From the NCBI RefSeq assembly GCF_044704955.1, contig NC_091984.1, positions 179,304,001 through 179,368,000 on the forward strand: a stretch of DNA of 64,000 nt. Reading direction: 5' to 3'. Below the pieces are notes generated by a model. It did no database searches. It was not told where the DNA came from and worked only from the letters and a program-made list of their open reading frames with translations. The position numbers and the translations under genes are program-made. This document shows, in pieces, positions 62,270-64,000 of the stretch. Origin of the DNA: Pristiophorus japonicus. Lineage: Eukaryota. How positions within the stretch are numbered: position 1 is the stretch's first letter; every line of letters starts with the position of its first letter.

Positions 62270-64000
62270 ACAGGCATCCAAGCTATTTTTCTCAATTACT
62301 CCTTGTGGTAGCGGGTTCCAGATTCTTACCTTGTTTTAGGTAAAGACGTTGTTCCTGAATTCCCTATTGGATTAATTCATGATTCTCTTATATTTATGAC
62401 CACTAGTTTTGGAATCCCCCCCCCCCACAAGGGAAAACATTTTATTTATGTCTACCCTCTCAAAATCTTTGATTATCTTAAAGATCTCTATTAGGTCACC
62501 CCTTAGCCTTAGCTTTTCGAGAGAAAAGAGCCTCAGCCTCTTCAGCCTCTCGTGATAAGTATATACTCTCAGTTCTGGCAACATCCCTGTGAAAATGTTT
62601 TTGTTTTTTTCACTAATGCCTCTCTCCTATTTTTCTAATATGCAGACCAGAAATGTTAATCCAAGTATGGTCTAACCAAACAAAAGCAATATGCTGCGGA
62701 TGCTGGTAATATGAAATAAAAATAGCAAATTCTGGAAATACTCAGCAGGTCAGGCAGCATCTGAGGAGAGATAAACAGGGTTAATATTTCAGGGCGATGA
62801 CCTTTCATCAGAACTGGAAAAAGTTAGAGATGTGACAGGCTTTAAGCAAGTACAGAGAGAGGGAAAGGGGGAGGGGAGGAGAGAAATAAAAGGAAGTTCT
62901 GTGTCAGGGTAAAAAGCTAAAATAATTAAATCAGAAAAGGGATGATGGTAAAAGGCAAAAGGGAGTGGTTATGGGGCAATAATGAAACAAAAGACGTGTC
63001 TAGAGGAGCTAAAAATGTCTAAAGCAAAATCATTACCAGCAACTGCTGTCCGAAAAAATGGGAGCAATGGTTATGGTCGGAAATGGTTGAACTCAATCTA
63101 CAGAAGGCTGTAAAGTGCTTAATCGTCGGATATCAAAATTTCTAAGCTTCTCAATATAGAAATATAGAAATATAGAAATTTAGAAATGGAACCTAGTGCT
63201 TGATTTGCTTTATATGGCCTTATTAACCTGCATCACTACTTTGAGTGATTTGTGTACCTGTAACCAGAGATCCATTTCCTCGTCTACCCCATTCAGTCTC
63301 TTATTATCCAAGCATTATGTGGCCTCCATTTTCTTCCAACAAAAATACGCTGACTCGCAATTATCTGTATAAAATTAATTTGCCAATTACACACCCATTC
63401 TGCTAGTTTACAAATGTCTTCCTTTATGTCGTCGTATTCTTCCTTTGTGTTAATTACACCTTACAATTTGGTGTCATCCACAAAGGTTGAAATGGAAGTT
63501 CCGATTCCTGCATCCAAATCTTTAATGTAAATTGAACAACAATGGTCCCAACGCCAATACCTGTTGAACCCCACTTCCCAAGTGTTGCCAGACTGAGTAG
63601 CTATCATTAAGCATCACTCTCTGTTTTATGTTTTGTAGCCAACTTGCAATCCATTCTACGAAATGTCTCCTGCCTCCACATGTTCTAACCTGAGTTATAA
63701 GCATGTTAAGTGGCATCTCATCAAAGGCCTTTTGAAAATCCAAATATATTACATCTACTGAATTATACTTTCTTTTACTTCTTCAATTAATTCAATGAAG
63801 TTGATGAAGCACGACCATCCCTTTTAAAATCCATGCTGTCTATTCTTCATTATATTTTCGATTTCCAGATGTTTAGCTATTACATCTTTGACTCAGGATC
63901 CCAGTATCTTTCCTACCACTGATGTTAAGCTAACTGGACTATCGTTCCACGGACGTGTTCTGTCTCCATTTTAAATATAGAAATTGTATCAGTTGTCTGC
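62270..64000 (-). mobile_element. Old CR1-type LINE interrupted by a Penelope-like fragment
   Basis: ORFs 62372-62584 (RLRGDLIE) and 63522-63743 (DFQKAFD). Confidence 0.8.
62681..63125. mobile_element. Penelope-like element terminal fragment with hammerhead-like core
   Basis: Paralog of 1098-1547; minus strand reads GTT CTGATGA AAGGTCATCGCCCT GAAA TATT AAC. Confidence 0.55.

Larger units (their letters stand above)
59739..64000 (+). repeat. Segment paralogous to window start (1-2222)
   Basis: 59739-60240 aligns with 1-510 and 62270-63795 with 570-2222, including the same nested insertion site. Confidence 0.85.

Overview
Vertebrate genomic DNA, most likely from a cartilaginous fish (shark or ray). 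It is dominated by CR1 LINEs and contains a decaying tandem array of immunoglobulin lambda (elasmobranch type II) light-chain clusters. Two paralogous units, about 10566-28530 and 32139-45580, each carry promoter, leader and a germline-joined VJ exon with no RSS, and both VJ genes are pseudogenes. Unit 2 keeps an apparently intact C exon (36473-36795). Unit 1 lost its C exon in a deletion of about 1.67 kb. A third, much older C-exon relic, which the ORF track shows only in part and does not identify, lies at 60628-61490. It is split by a Harbinger-type MITE and shares intron homology with the intact C; a possible very degenerate leader-VJ lies upstream of it. The start (1-2222) and end (59739-64000) of the window are paralogous, implying a larger repeat array. 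The rest is CR1 (several subfamilies, one with ORF1 esterase), L2, RTE, Deu-type SINE, Penelope-like termini with hammerhead-like cores, and PIF/Harbinger elements with AWT target duplications. Most long ORFs in the track are LINE fragments or their antisense frames. All identities were estimated by eye and no searches were run.
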